From contig JAHDQN010000040.1 in NCBI GenBank assembly GCA_018433775.1, positions 20,587 to 84,586 on the forward strand: a stretch of DNA of 64,000 nt, read 5' to 3'. A program made the translations under genes and the position numbers. Source of the stretch: Deltaproteobacteria bacterium. GTDB lineage: Bacteria; Desulfobacterota; Desulfomonilia; UBA1062. The notes below the pieces were generated by a model that saw nothing but the letters and a program-made list of their open reading frames with translations, ran no database searches and was not told where the DNA came from. Below are positions 9,759 to 18,807 of the stretch, piece after piece; the stretch's first letter is position 1; every line of letters begins with the position of its first letter.

Positions 9759-10751
9759 TTATGCGCTCAGCTTCGACCCCGCGGGTGCCGGCACGTCGAC
9801 TTCCCTGATCCTGATGCCTCTGGCTTTGAGGGCCTGCCGGCCGGCCAGCAGGTCCCTGCCGGCGATCTTGTCGAGCACATAGATCAGGTTGCCGCCGCGC
9901 TCGGCGTATATCTGCCCGTACGAGATCGGGATCTCAGGGGAGGGGTCGTCGAGAATCGAGCGGGTGATCGGTTCGAGCTTGCGCTCGCCGTTGGCAAGGA
10001 GCATGACGGTCTTTGCCTTGTACACGAGCTCGGCCCCCATCGAGACGGCATACCGGGGAGAGTCTTTCTCGGTGGCGAAATGGCCGTCGGCCACCGCGTT
10101 GGCGACCGTGTTGCCGTCGAGCTTCACGAGCAGGACATTGCTTCCCTTAAAGGGGATGCCCGACTCATGGAAGGCCACGTGGCCCCTGCCGCCCACGCCG
10201 ATGACCTGCAGGTCGATGCCTCCGGCCTTGCGGATCTTGCGGGCATAGCCGTCCAGGATCTCTTTCCTGATCCACCCCAAATATGCGGAGTCCGGGTTGC
10301 TCCGGATGGCAACCGACTTCCCCTTGTCGGTCCCCCTCTCCTCCCAGTCCTGCGGGTTTGCCTTGAGCTCGGCCACGAGCTTTTTCTGCTCGATCAGCGC
10401 GCCGTAGGGCACGTTGGTCTCGATGAACTTGCCCTTGAGAAGGCTGAAGAACTCCTGAATCATAAAAAATGCATAGCTCTCGGGGTGCATGACGCGGAGC
10501 TGGGCGTTCTCGCCCGGCAGGCCCACGTACTCGTCCAGGTTGAAGCTCCGGCAGCGTTTCGAGTCGAACTCGCCCTGGTTCGCCGCCTGTGCGAGATGCT
10601 TGTAGAGCCCTGTGGGCGAGTTGCCCGTCGCAAGCCCCAGCACGGCCTCCTGCTTCTGTTTCAGCACCTGCTGGATTTTATCCTTGGCAATGTCCGCGGC
10701 AACCTCGCTCATCGAGGCAAAATCATCAGTTACGAAAATCTCGATTCCCAT
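9759..10751 (-). CDS. Glucosamine-6-phosphate deaminase/isomerase family protein (NagB-like, with insertion)
   Basis: 330 aa. Motifs are GLATGNSPTGLY and DLQVIGVGGRGHVAFHESG. An insertion of about 60 aa relative to classical NagB lies around residues 120-180. Confidence 0.75.
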   Translation of the reverse strand: MGIEIFVTDDFASMSEVAADIAKDKIQQVLKQKQEAVLGLATGNSPTGLYKHLAQAANQGEFDSKRCRSFNLDEYVGLPGENAQLRVMHPESYAFFMIQEFFSLLKGKFIETNVPYGALIEQKKLVAELKANPQDWEERGTDKGKSVAIRSNPDSAYLGWIRKEILDGYARKIRKAGGIDLQVIGVGGRGHVAFHESGIPFKGSNVLLVKLDGNTVANAVADGHFATEKDSPRYAVSMGAELVYKAKTVMLLANGERKLEPITRSILDDPSPEIPISYGQIYAERGGNLIYVLDKIAGRDLLAGRQALKARGIRIREVDVPAPAGSKLSA

Positions 10752-10794
10752 GGATCTCTCTCTCCTCTCTCGATCTTTCCTGATGTTCCGCGGA

Positions 10795-12165
10795 TTATGA
10801 GGCTGCGGCCTCGCTCATGCCGAGCACCTTTTCCACGAGTTCCGCCAACTGGGTGCAGTATTTCTCCGTGACGTCCACCGACGGGCCTTCTACCATGACC
10901 CGGCACATGTTCTGGGTCCCGGAGTAGCGGACCAGGACGCGCCCCTGGTCGCCGAGCTCGCTCTCGACCTGGCTGATCGCGTCTCTGAGCTCGGGCACTG
11001 TGGAGATGTCCGGCTTGGTCTTCACGTTGACATTGATGAGCTTCTGCGGGTAGATGTCCATGAGCTTCGCCAGCTCCGAGAGCGGCTTGCCGGTCCTGAC
11101 CATGGCGGCTACGAGCTGCATGGCCGTGAGAATGCCGTCGCCCGTGGTGTGGTGGTCGAGGAAGATGAGGTGCCCCGAGTCCTCGCCGCCGATGACCCCG
11201 CCCATTTTGAGCATGTCCTCGAGCACGTAGCGGTCGCCCACCTTTGCGGCGTGATGGCTGAAACCGTACTTTTTGCAGGCCACCCTCAGCCCCAGGTTGC
11301 TCATGACCGTGCTCACCAGGAGATCGTTCTTGAGCCTGCCCTCTTCCTTGAGTATCCGGGCGCAGATGAGCAGGATCTGGTCCCCGCTGATCTCCTGCCC
11401 CTTCTCGTCGACCGCGATGAGCCGGTCCCCGTCTCCGTCGAACGCCAGGCCCACCGCCGCGCCGGTTTCCAGGACCCGCTTCTTCAGGTCAGCGGTATGC
11501 TGCGAGCCGCACGCGTCGTTGATGTTCAGCCCGTTCGGCGAGTTGTGCAGCACCTCGACATCGGCGCCCAGCTCGGTGAAGGCATCGGGCGCGACCCGGT
11601 ACGTGGCGCCGTTGGCGGTGTCCATGACGATCTTCATCTCCTCCATGGAGAGGTCCCGCGGAAAGGTGTTTTTCAGGAACACCACATACCGGCCGTTCAC
11701 GTCTTCCATCCGCAACGCCCGGCCCATGTCCTTGGAAGGGGGCAGGTGCTTTGCCAGTTTGCTGTTCAGGATGAGGTCCTCGATGGTGTCTTCCTGCTCG
11801 TCCGAGAGCTTGAACCCGTTGCCGCCGAAGATTTTGATCCCGTTGTCCTCGTAGGGGTTGTGCGAGGCCGAGATCACGATGCCCGCGTCGGCCCGCATGC
11901 TGTTGGCGATAAAGGCGATCCCCGGCGTGGGAAGCACGCCGACCAGATAAGGGTTGCCGCCCATGGAGGTGATGCCGGCTTCCAGCGAGCTCTCGAGCAT
12001 ATAGCCCGAGATGCGGGTGTCCTTGCCGATGATGATCCGTGTGCGGTGATGCTCCTTCCTGAGGAGATACGTCACCGCCTGGCCCACCAGGAAGGCGATC
12101 TGCGCGTTCATGGGGTATTTGTTCGCCTCCCCGCGTATTCCGTCCGTACCGAATAGCTTGCCCAT
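10795..12165 (-). CDS. glmM: Phosphoglucosamine mutase
   Basis: MGKLFGTDGIRGEANKYPM at the N-terminus and the active-site motif SASHNPYEDNGIK. The ATG at 12165 is preceded by AAAGGAGGA. The track's 40-codon upstream extension is rejected. Confidence 0.93.
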   Translation of the reverse strand: MGKLFGTDGIRGEANKYPMNAQIAFLVGQAVTYLLRKEHHRTRIIIGKDTRISGYMLESSLEAGITSMGGNPYLVGVLPTPGIAFIANSMRADAGIVISASHNPYEDNGIKIFGGNGFKLSDEQEDTIEDLILNSKLAKHLPPSKDMGRALRMEDVNGRYVVFLKNTFPRDLSMEEMKIVMDTANGATYRVAPDAFTELGADVEVLHNSPNGLNINDACGSQHTADLKKRVLETGAAVGLAFDGDGDRLIAVDEKGQEISGDQILLICARILKEEGRLKNDLLVSTVMSNLGLRVACKKYGFSHHAAKVGDRYVLEDMLKMGGVIGGEDSGHLIFLDHHTTGDGILTAMQLVAAMVRTGKPLSELAKLMDIYPQKLINVNVKTKPDISTVPELRDAISQVESELGDQGRVLVRYSGTQNMCRVMVEGPSVDVTEKYCTQLAELVEKVLGMSEAAAS

Positions 12166-12212
12166 GTAAAATCCTCCTTTGATCGTGTGTTCAGCTGGAA
12201 ATAATTCTGCCC

Positions 12213-13436
12213 TTAAAACAACTGCAGGCCGGGCATGGCCTGGGAAACCGCCTTGGCGTGTGATGTAACGACGCTTTCCAGCCATGCCGTCCCTTGATCG
12301 GAAACATCCGCGGGCAGACCCTGGATGGTTTCGATGTAACCGTCCCGTCCTGCCTGCATCGCCCTGTTCAGCCCGCCCAGGAACTCATCTTTCAGCGTTT
12401 CCGCGTCTGAACCAGGGATTGTATCCATCTCAAACATCTCTTTGATTTTATCGCTATTTTTTGTGAACCCGTCCCCGAATTGGGGGGCGCGCTTGGCCAT
12501 TGCCTCGAGCCGCTTCAGGCGTTCCTTGCGGGCGAGCGAGAGCTTGTCGAGGAGGCCTGCGTGGATGAGGGGGCCGAACTCGACCGCGTCCAGGAAGGGC
12601 TTGCGCACGTGGACATACCACTCGCGCAGGGCCGCGAGGTTCGCCAGATAGAGGATGTTGTTCTCCACCACGCGCTTGAGGTTCGGGTACAGGGCCGGCT
12701 GATACTCCCTTACTCCGCCCGGGTGCGGCTCGACCGTGATCAGACAGTTGTCGTCCGGGCAGTCCTGCCTGAGCACCGAGCCCGCGGCCACGACGTTGCC
12801 GAACCCCATGCGGACCGGCCCAACGATCCCCCCCTGGCCTCCGAGGAAGATGGGCGGCCGGTTCAGCATCACGCCCCTGGGCACGTCGCCGAGCAGCGAG
12901 GGGGTCGTCTTGTCGCCGTCCGGGGTGAAGTTGAAGTGGATGTACGAGCTCCCCACCTCGCTGTGGTCCTTGCGGCTGGTTCCCCCGGCCATGAGGCAGT
13001 CGCAGAAGTTGATCAGGCTGCCCAGGGTCACGAAGGGGAAGAGTATGGTCTGCTTGAGCCCCACGCAGTGGGCACCGCCCGCCTCCTCCTCCAGGATCGA
13101 ACCCTCGCGGACATGGGCGCCCAGGCCCATGTTGGATCTGTCGAGGAACACCGACTTGCTGAAATAGCCGCCCTTGAGCTCCACGTCGCGGCCGATCTGG
13201 CAGTCCTCGATCGTGACCGGGCCTTCGCGGCCGATCTGCGCGCCCGATGAGATGACGGTCTTCTCGCCGTAGATCCTGCACCCGGGATAGATCCTGACGC
13301 CCTGCGCGGATATCCGCCCGATGTCGACCTCTTCCCCGATATCGAGGGTCAGGGGGTTGGGGAGATCGATCCCCTTCTCGAGCAACTGCACGATCTTCTC
13401 ATGGCATCGCGGCGTTATGTCCATCGGCACCTCCAT
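12213..13436 (-). CDS. Left-handed beta-helix (hexapeptide-repeat) protein, GlmU acetyltransferase-domain-like, with helical C-terminal extension
   Basis: Hexapeptide-type repeats run through IGRISAQGVRIYPGCRIYGEKTVISSGAQIGREGPVTIEDCQIGRDVELKG. The start is ATG 13436, or ATG 13424 with a GGAGGTG RBS. The track's upstream extension overlaps the preceding gene in another frame. Confidence 0.6.
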   Translation of the reverse strand: MEVPMDITPRCHEKIVQLLEKGIDLPNPLTLDIGEEVDIGRISAQGVRIYPGCRIYGEKTVISSGAQIGREGPVTIEDCQIGRDVELKGGYFSKSVFLDRSNMGLGAHVREGSILEEEAGGAHCVGLKQTILFPFVTLGSLINFCDCLMAGGTSRKDHSEVGSSYIHFNFTPDGDKTTPSLLGDVPRGVMLNRPPIFLGGQGGIVGPVRMGFGNVVAAGSVLRQDCPDDNCLITVEPHPGGVREYQPALYPNLKRVVENNILYLANLAALREWYVHVRKPFLDAVEFGPLIHAGLLDKLSLARKERLKRLEAMAKRAPQFGDGFTKNSDKIKEMFEMDTIPGSDAETLKDEFLGGLNRAMQAGRDGYIETIQGLPADVSDQGTAWLESVVTSHAKAVSQAMPGLQLF

Positions 13437-13498
13437 ATACAGGCCAAATGAACGCCCTTTGTCAAAGAAAAAAATCGGTTCATCGTAATCTCCTTTAC

Positions 13499-16400
13499 TC
13501 AGATTCTTGAAGGCCGGGATTCCCCGATCCGTTCGAATATCAAGCTCGTGATCGTCTCCACGTCCTCCCCGAGCAGCAGCCTCAGGGGCAGACGCTCGAG
13601 ATACGCGTCGTCCCAGGCGACATTGTATTCGTCGACAAGGTTCCTGAGGTCGTTGTACTTCTCGGCCAGGATCTCCTTCTTGCGTTCGACGTCCAGGTCC
13701 TCGCAATAGTCGACGTGGAGCAGGAGCAGGTGCTCCACGGCCCGCAGGGAGTTCAGGAGCGGGACGATCACGATGGAGGCGTGGTCAGATTTGCCCTCGC
13801 CGGCATAGACGTTGCCGGTGCGGACAATGGTCTTTTTGGTGCCCATGAGTGTCCCGGTCTCGTCGAACCGCGAGCGCATGCCCGCGGCGACACCATGTTT
13901 CCCGATTGTCCGGATGGTCGAGCCCTCGGTGGGCCTCCCCTCATCGTCGAGGTTGCCCACGGCATAGAGGGTGTAGCCGTTGATGCGGCTTATCGCATCC
14001 TGCAGGCGCTTGAGCACGATGCCGCCCCTTGCGGGGATGTTCTCGACCGTGAACGACAGGTCTTCGAGCGCATCGAAGATAACGCCCCGTGGGGCCTCCA
14101 CCCGCCTGCTCGTGCCCACGGTAACGGTCTTGGCCTGGTGCCGGATGGCGTCAACGGGCCGCGAGAGCTCGTCGATCGCCCTGCCCAGGGCGGAATCCAG
14201 CTCGTCCAGGGGCGAGGCGGTCACCCGGTGGGCGCCGAACTCGCTCCAGAAATCCTCGATGGGCAGCTTGCCCACCGCGTACTTCAGAAGCAGGGTGATG
14301 TCGGAAGCGGTTTCCACGTTCATTGACGTGAGCATGCCCGATCTCCTCCAGGAGTTGAACATCGCGGAAAAGTCGTCCACGCAACGGTGCAGGTCGCGGT
14401 CTTCGATGCTCTCGTAGATGGAAAGACCTTTCTTCTCCTGGCAGCGCATGATCTCGGACAGGCTCGACCTGAACGGTTTGAAGGCCCCCGCCTGCGCGTC
14501 GAGACTGCACGCGGCATAGTATCCCCAGATGTGCCCTGCCAGGGTGTTGAGGATCACCGAGAGCGGAAAGCCCGAGCGGGGCACGTGGATCACCGAGTCC
14601 GCTATCGCGTCGAAGCGCTTCTCGCCCTGGTCCGCGATGACCACCACGCTCGATGCATGGGCGTGGAAGATGGCCACGTCCTTGACCACGTCTTCGAGCA
14701 CGATGTCCGGGCTCCCGGCCGCGCACACCAGGATCAGGGGCTCGGACGAGAGATCGATGTGCTTCTTGTCCTCGATCACGTCCGAGGAGATGGTCTTGTA
14801 GCACAGCTCGCTGAGCTTGATCCGGATCTCGTCGGACGCGGTCTTGTTTGCGCCGCTTCCCACCACTGCCCAGTATTTCTTTTTTCTCACCAGGTCCCAT
14901 GCCGAGCTCCTGATCGCCTCGCGCGAGGCGATGACCTCCTGCATGAGCTTAGGCGACTGCTCGATCCGGGAAATCTCCCGGACGATCCTTTCGCGGGAGA
15001 GCGCGCCCATAAGCTGCGCCATGAACAGGGCGAGAATATAGCCCGCGGTGATCTGCGAGTAGAACGCCTTGGTCGATGCCACGGACATCTCGATGTCGCG
15101 GCCGTCGCTCGTGTAGAATACCCCGTCCACCTTTGTGGTGATGTCCGACTGCCTCCGGTTCACGATGGCGATCAGGTGCGCGCCCCGCTCCCTGGCCATG
15201 GTCACGGCCCGGTTGGTGTCCGTGGTGGTGCCCGACTGGGTGATGGCGATCACCAGGCAGTCCGTCATGTCTTCGTCGAGGCAGAACCCGCTCAGATCGG
15301 TGGCCTTACGCGCCAGGACCGAGATAGGCGTGCCCTTCAGGTAGATCGCGAGCGCCTCGGCCACGGCAGCGCCCGCAATGGCCGCAGTGCCCTGACCCAC
15401 CACGTAGATCCGTCTGATCACGCCCGAGACGAGCGCATCGCGCACCGCGGCAGGAACCACGGCCTCGTCCAGGTTGAAGGCCACCCTCCGGCCGCCTTCC
15501 ACCCGGTACTTTCCCCGGATGGTCTTCCGGATCGACTCCGGCGCGTCCAGGATCTCCTTAAGGAGAAAATGGGGGAAGGTCCCGCGGTCGATATCCCGGG
15601 TGGTGATCTCGGCGCGCCGGATATCGCCCTGCCCGAGCTCCAGGGGCCGGCCGTCGTAGTACATGGCCTCGATCCCTCCGAGCCCGCCCCCGCCGGCATT
15701 ATCCAGGATGAAGATCTGGCCCCGGGTGCACTCATCGCCCGGGACGCGCTCCCGCTCGCCGTCCATTTTGATGAATAACGGGGTCTCCTCCACCAGGCCG
15801 TAGACCTCGGAGGAGAAGACATACTGGTTCTCGCAGATGCCCACATAGATGGTCTGTCCGCTTCCCTTTACACCAAGAAATACCCTGCCTGGCTCCAGGT
15901 TGCTCTCCATGGCGATGGCGTGCGAGCCCTCGAAGTCGTTCACGGCCCTCCTGAATGCCTCCTTGAGGTCGTGGCCCTGGCAGAGGTACCGCTCGATCAC
16001 GAGCGGGATGATCTTGGTATCGGTGGTCACGCGCGGGTCGATCCGGCACCCTATAGCCTGCAGGCCTTCCTTGAGCGGGAGATGGTTGTCGATGTCGCCG
16101 TTGAGCACGACATTGATGGCCCAGGTGCCGCTCCCGTAGAAGGGATAATGTTTCCTCGCCGTCTGGAAGTCCCACTGCTCGTTCGATTCCCCGTCCATGG
16201 CGAAGTTGTTGACCGGATGGCAGTTCGTCTCGTTGATGGCGCCCACCGAGGCCCAGCGCGTATGCGCCAGGTACATCTGCGAGTTTGGTGCATGATCCAT
16301 CACCAGACGAAGGATGGGGTCTGCGCTTATGGACGCTCTGAGCGATCTCGTGTTGTCTCCCAGGTCTCCGGTGACGAGCGCGGTCTTGTAGGTGAAAATC

Positions 16401-17230
16401 AGGGCTCCGGGCGAGACGTGGATGGATCCGTCCATCAGGTCTCCGGGAGGGCAGCGCCTCATGAAGAGATCGTAAAGACCTGCAGCCTTAATCCTTTCCA
16501 TCACGTCCTTCATCTCCCGCGGGCCGGGAAAGCAGAACGCGGCCTGCACCCCGCAGGAGTCTCTGCCCCGCACCTCGAGCCGGTCGAGGGCATTGAGGGC
16601 GAAGTTGAGCCGCTGGTACTTCTCGAATGCCGTAAGCGCCAGCTGGCGGGAGTCTGCGCAGAGCGACGCGATCTTTTTCTGGTTCCCGAGCACGTCCTCA
16701 TGAAGCGCCCATGAGATGTCCTTGAGAAGGATCAGGGACCTCATGAGGTTCTCCATGTCGAGGGTGGAGAGCGAGGCCGCCTCCTTTTCCAGGATACGCT
16801 CCTCCTGGTCCACGAATGCGTCCATGTCCGCGCACAGGTTCTCGAGGCGGTCGAAAAGCTCCTTGCGAGCGAGCGTCCACTGGTTCCCGGAACTCTGCTT
16901 CAGACGGTACACGTCCTGTTCGAAAACCCGGAGCTCTTTGGGGTCGAGGTACTCATCCGGCGCGATCTCCCTGCCGAGCACCCTGTTCAGTGCACATGCC
17001 CGCACCTGGTCGAAGTGCAGACCGAGTATACGAAGGATGTCGTCACGTGGTGCATCCTCCCCGCCCCTGACGACCAGGATACCGGCCAGGCCGCACAGGA
17101 GCGTGCAGGGCTGGACAGGGAAAAGTACCACGGACCGGGCCGGGAGGTTCTTCGGCTCGCGTCCGATGTACAACCTCCACTGGGCTGTTTTCTTCATCAT
17201 TGCCCGCACTATCGCCTTCATAGCATCCAT
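13499..17230 (-). CDS. Giant GlmS-like protein: class-II (Ntn) glutamine amidotransferase domain with large insertion, two SIS domains, and an extra C-terminal region of about 350 aa
   Basis: 1243 aa. GATase-II motifs are LLCGLAGILVV (Cys at residue 46), RGRDSCGVQ and RWASVGAINETNCHPV. SIS motifs are VGQGTAAIAGA...AITQSGTTTDT and VVGSGANKTASDEIRIKLSE. Confidence 0.7.
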   Translation of the reverse strand: MDAMKAIVRAMMKKTAQWRLYIGREPKNLPARSVVLFPVQPCTLLCGLAGILVVRGGEDAPRDDILRILGLHFDQVRACALNRVLGREIAPDEYLDPKELRVFEQDVYRLKQSSGNQWTLARKELFDRLENLCADMDAFVDQEERILEKEAASLSTLDMENLMRSLILLKDISWALHEDVLGNQKKIASLCADSRQLALTAFEKYQRLNFALNALDRLEVRGRDSCGVQAAFCFPGPREMKDVMERIKAAGLYDLFMRRCPPGDLMDGSIHVSPGALIFTYKTALVTGDLGDNTRSLRASISADPILRLVMDHAPNSQMYLAHTRWASVGAINETNCHPVNNFAMDGESNEQWDFQTARKHYPFYGSGTWAINVVLNGDIDNHLPLKEGLQAIGCRIDPRVTTDTKIIPLVIERYLCQGHDLKEAFRRAVNDFEGSHAIAMESNLEPGRVFLGVKGSGQTIYVGICENQYVFSSEVYGLVEETPLFIKMDGERERVPGDECTRGQIFILDNAGGGGLGGIEAMYYDGRPLELGQGDIRRAEITTRDIDRGTFPHFLLKEILDAPESIRKTIRGKYRVEGGRRVAFNLDEAVVPAAVRDALVSGVIRRIYVVGQGTAAIAGAAVAEALAIYLKGTPISVLARKATDLSGFCLDEDMTDCLVIAITQSGTTTDTNRAVTMARERGAHLIAIVNRRQSDITTKVDGVFYTSDGRDIEMSVASTKAFYSQITAGYILALFMAQLMGALSRERIVREISRIEQSPKLMQEVIASREAIRSSAWDLVRKKKYWAVVGSGANKTASDEIRIKLSELCYKTISSDVIEDKKHIDLSSEPLILVCAAGSPDIVLEDVVKDVAIFHAHASSVVVIADQGEKRFDAIADSVIHVPRSGFPLSVILNTLAGHIWGYYAACSLDAQAGAFKPFRSSLSEIMRCQEKKGLSIYESIEDRDLHRCVDDFSAMFNSWRRSGMLTSMNVETASDITLLLKYAVGKLPIEDFWSEFGAHRVTASPLDELDSALGRAIDELSRPVDAIRHQAKTVTVGTSRRVEAPRGVIFDALEDLSFTVENIPARGGIVLKRLQDAISRINGYTLYAVGNLDDEGRPTEGSTIRTIGKHGVAAGMRSRFDETGTLMGTKKTIVRTGNVYAGEGKSDHASIVIVPLLNSLRAVEHLLLLHVDYCEDLDVERKKEILAEKYNDLRNLVDEYNVAWDDAYLERLPLRLLLGEDVETITSLIFERIGESRPSRI

Positions 17231-17332
17231 TTCCCCCGCGCCGTCGAGTCCTTCCGTCCCGTTTGCACGCAGTACTGCTCGCCCTTCTTAAGTTAGTATG
17301 TATTTTGCAGACAGCAAAAAAACAACTTCTCC

Positions 17333-18493
17333 CTACGAGATGTGCCGCATTCCGGCGGTCAAGCCTGCAGGCGAGCCCATCATTCCAAGAAATTCCCTGA
17401 AGAGATAGCCGGCGTCGTGAGGCCCGGGAGACGCCTCGGGATGATACTGAACGCTGAACGCCCGGTAGGCTGGATACCTGACGCCCTCCAGGGTCTGGTC
17501 GTTGAGATTGACGTGAGTGACCTCGGCATCTTTGGGCAGCGTTTCCGTGACCACGGAAAACCCGTGATTCTGCGAGGTGATCTCCACGCGGCCGGTCAGC
17601 AGGTTCCTCACCGGCTGGTTCACGCCGTGGTGGCCGAACTTGAGCTTCTCGGTCCTGGCGCCGAAGGCCTGGGAGAGTATCTGGTGCCCCAGGCAGATCC
17701 CGAAAATGGGCACCCTGCCCAGCAGGCGCCGGACGGTTTCGATCTCGCAGGCGAGCGGGGCCGGATCGCCCGGACCGTTGGACAGCATGATCCCGTCGGG
17801 CTCAAGCGCCAGGATATCCTCGGCCCGGGTGCGCGAGGGCATCAGAACGACCTGGCACCCCAGGCGCTCCAGGCTTCTGAGGATGTTGTGTTTTGCGCCG
17901 CAGTCGAGCACGACCACACGATGCCCGCTGCCTTTCTGCAGGGGTCCTTCAAGGGGCGCCGCTTTCCCGGACTTCCAGAGATGCGGCCGGGAGCAGGTCA
18001 CCGACGACACGATATCCCTTCCGGTCAGCCCGGGATAGGCGCGCACCTGCTCCAGAAGCTCCGGCACCTTGTCATACCGCGTGGACACGATCCCCCGCAT
18101 GGCGCCCGCGGTCCTGATCCTGCGGGTCAGCGCCCGGGTGTCCACCCCTTCGACCCCGATCCGGCCGAACTCCTCCAGGTAGCTCTGAAGCGTCCCGGTC
18201 GATCTCCAGTTGCTCGGATGGTGCTGATATTCCCTGACCACGAACCCCTTAAGGTGAATGGCGGGGGATTCCCGGTCCTGGTCGTTGATGCCGTAGCTTC
18301 CCATGAGGGGATAGGTCATAACGAGTATCTGCTCGCAATACGACGGATCGGTGAGCGCCTCCTGGTAGCCGGTCATGGCGGTGTTGAACACCACCTCGCC
18401 GCAGGCGTCACCGCCTCCGGCAAAGGCGCGGCCGCGGAAGACCGAACCGTCTTCCAAAACCACGACCGCCGGGCGCTTGTCTCGTGCTGACAT
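17333..18493 (-). CDS. carA: Carbamoyl-phosphate synthase small (glutaminase) subunit
   Basis: MSARDKRPAVVVLEDGSVFRGRAFAGGG at the N-terminus and the GATase-I motifs GICLGHQ and QYHPEA. The ATG at 18493 follows a GGAGAAGGAGGAGGGG RBS. The track's upstream extension is rejected. Confidence 0.95.
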   Translation of the reverse strand: MSARDKRPAVVVLEDGSVFRGRAFAGGGDACGEVVFNTAMTGYQEALTDPSYCEQILVMTYPLMGSYGINDQDRESPAIHLKGFVVREYQHHPSNWRSTGTLQSYLEEFGRIGVEGVDTRALTRRIRTAGAMRGIVSTRYDKVPELLEQVRAYPGLTGRDIVSSVTCSRPHLWKSGKAAPLEGPLQKGSGHRVVVLDCGAKHNILRSLERLGCQVVLMPSRTRAEDILALEPDGIMLSNGPGDPAPLACEIETVRRLLGRVPIFGICLGHQILSQAFGARTEKLKFGHHGVNQPVRNLLTGRVEITSQNHGFSVVTETLPKDAEVTHVNLNDQTLEGVRYPAYRAFSVQYHPEASPGPHDAGYLFREFLGMMGSPAGLTAGMRHIS

Positions 18494-18610
18494 AGAATAC
18501 TCCCCTCCTCCTTCTCCCTTTGCTTCCTTATGCTGTCTGCCTTCTTCGCCTTCCCTGACACTGCAGTGGTAACCAGTCATAGGGTCAGTCACATCATGGG
18601 GTCATCATGG

Positions 18611-18710
18611 GGTCAGGTCTCAACATATGACACCGGGAGTGTCATATGTTGAGACCTGACCCCGATCATGACCGGGAGTGTCATATGTTGAGACCTGACC
18701 CCGATCATGA
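18611..18710. repeat. Composite repeat: 23-bp perfect inverted repeat (5-nt loop) followed by a tandem 39-bp direct repeat (three copies of a 23-mer in total)
   Basis: GGTCAGGTCTCAACATATGACAC (18611-18633) pairs with GTGTCATATGTTGAGACCTGACC (18639-18661). The unit CCGGGAGTGTCATATGTTGAGACCTGACCCCGATCATGA then recurs, with the 23-mer at 18678-18700. The element lies between the glnA stop and the carA start. Confidence 0.85.
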
Positions 18711-18807
18711 CCCTGATCTCTAAGCTCCGCCACTGTAGTACTAAGTATCTGCGTGCAGAAACCCGGCCCGGTGTATACATCAACCGGGCCGGTCCGTCCA
18801 TCATTCT

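Noticed and set aside
10795-12285. N-terminal extensions in the ORF track for glmM and others (12213-13706, 17333-18592, 18808-20175, 20188-22701, 22571-24412, 24169-25392, 33005-34354, 52452-53954, 53288-54526, 58535-59125, 61027-61821, 61892-62263, 62315-63541)
   Set aside because: The longest-ORF starts overlap upstream genes or lack an RBS. Internal starts give canonical N-termini (for example MGKLFGTDGIRG for GlmM) and are preceded by Shine-Dalgarno sequences. My exact start choices remain predictions.
17231-17332. glmS ribozyme upstream of the GlmS-like gene
   Set aside because: The leader is only about 100 nt and lacks the conserved glmS ribozyme core sequences I can recall. This was not verified with a covariance model.
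18594-18720. Possible CRISPR array
   Set aside because: There are only two tandem 39-bp units plus one inverted copy. The DNA between 23-mer cores is itself repeated rather than unique spacer. No cas genes are nearby.
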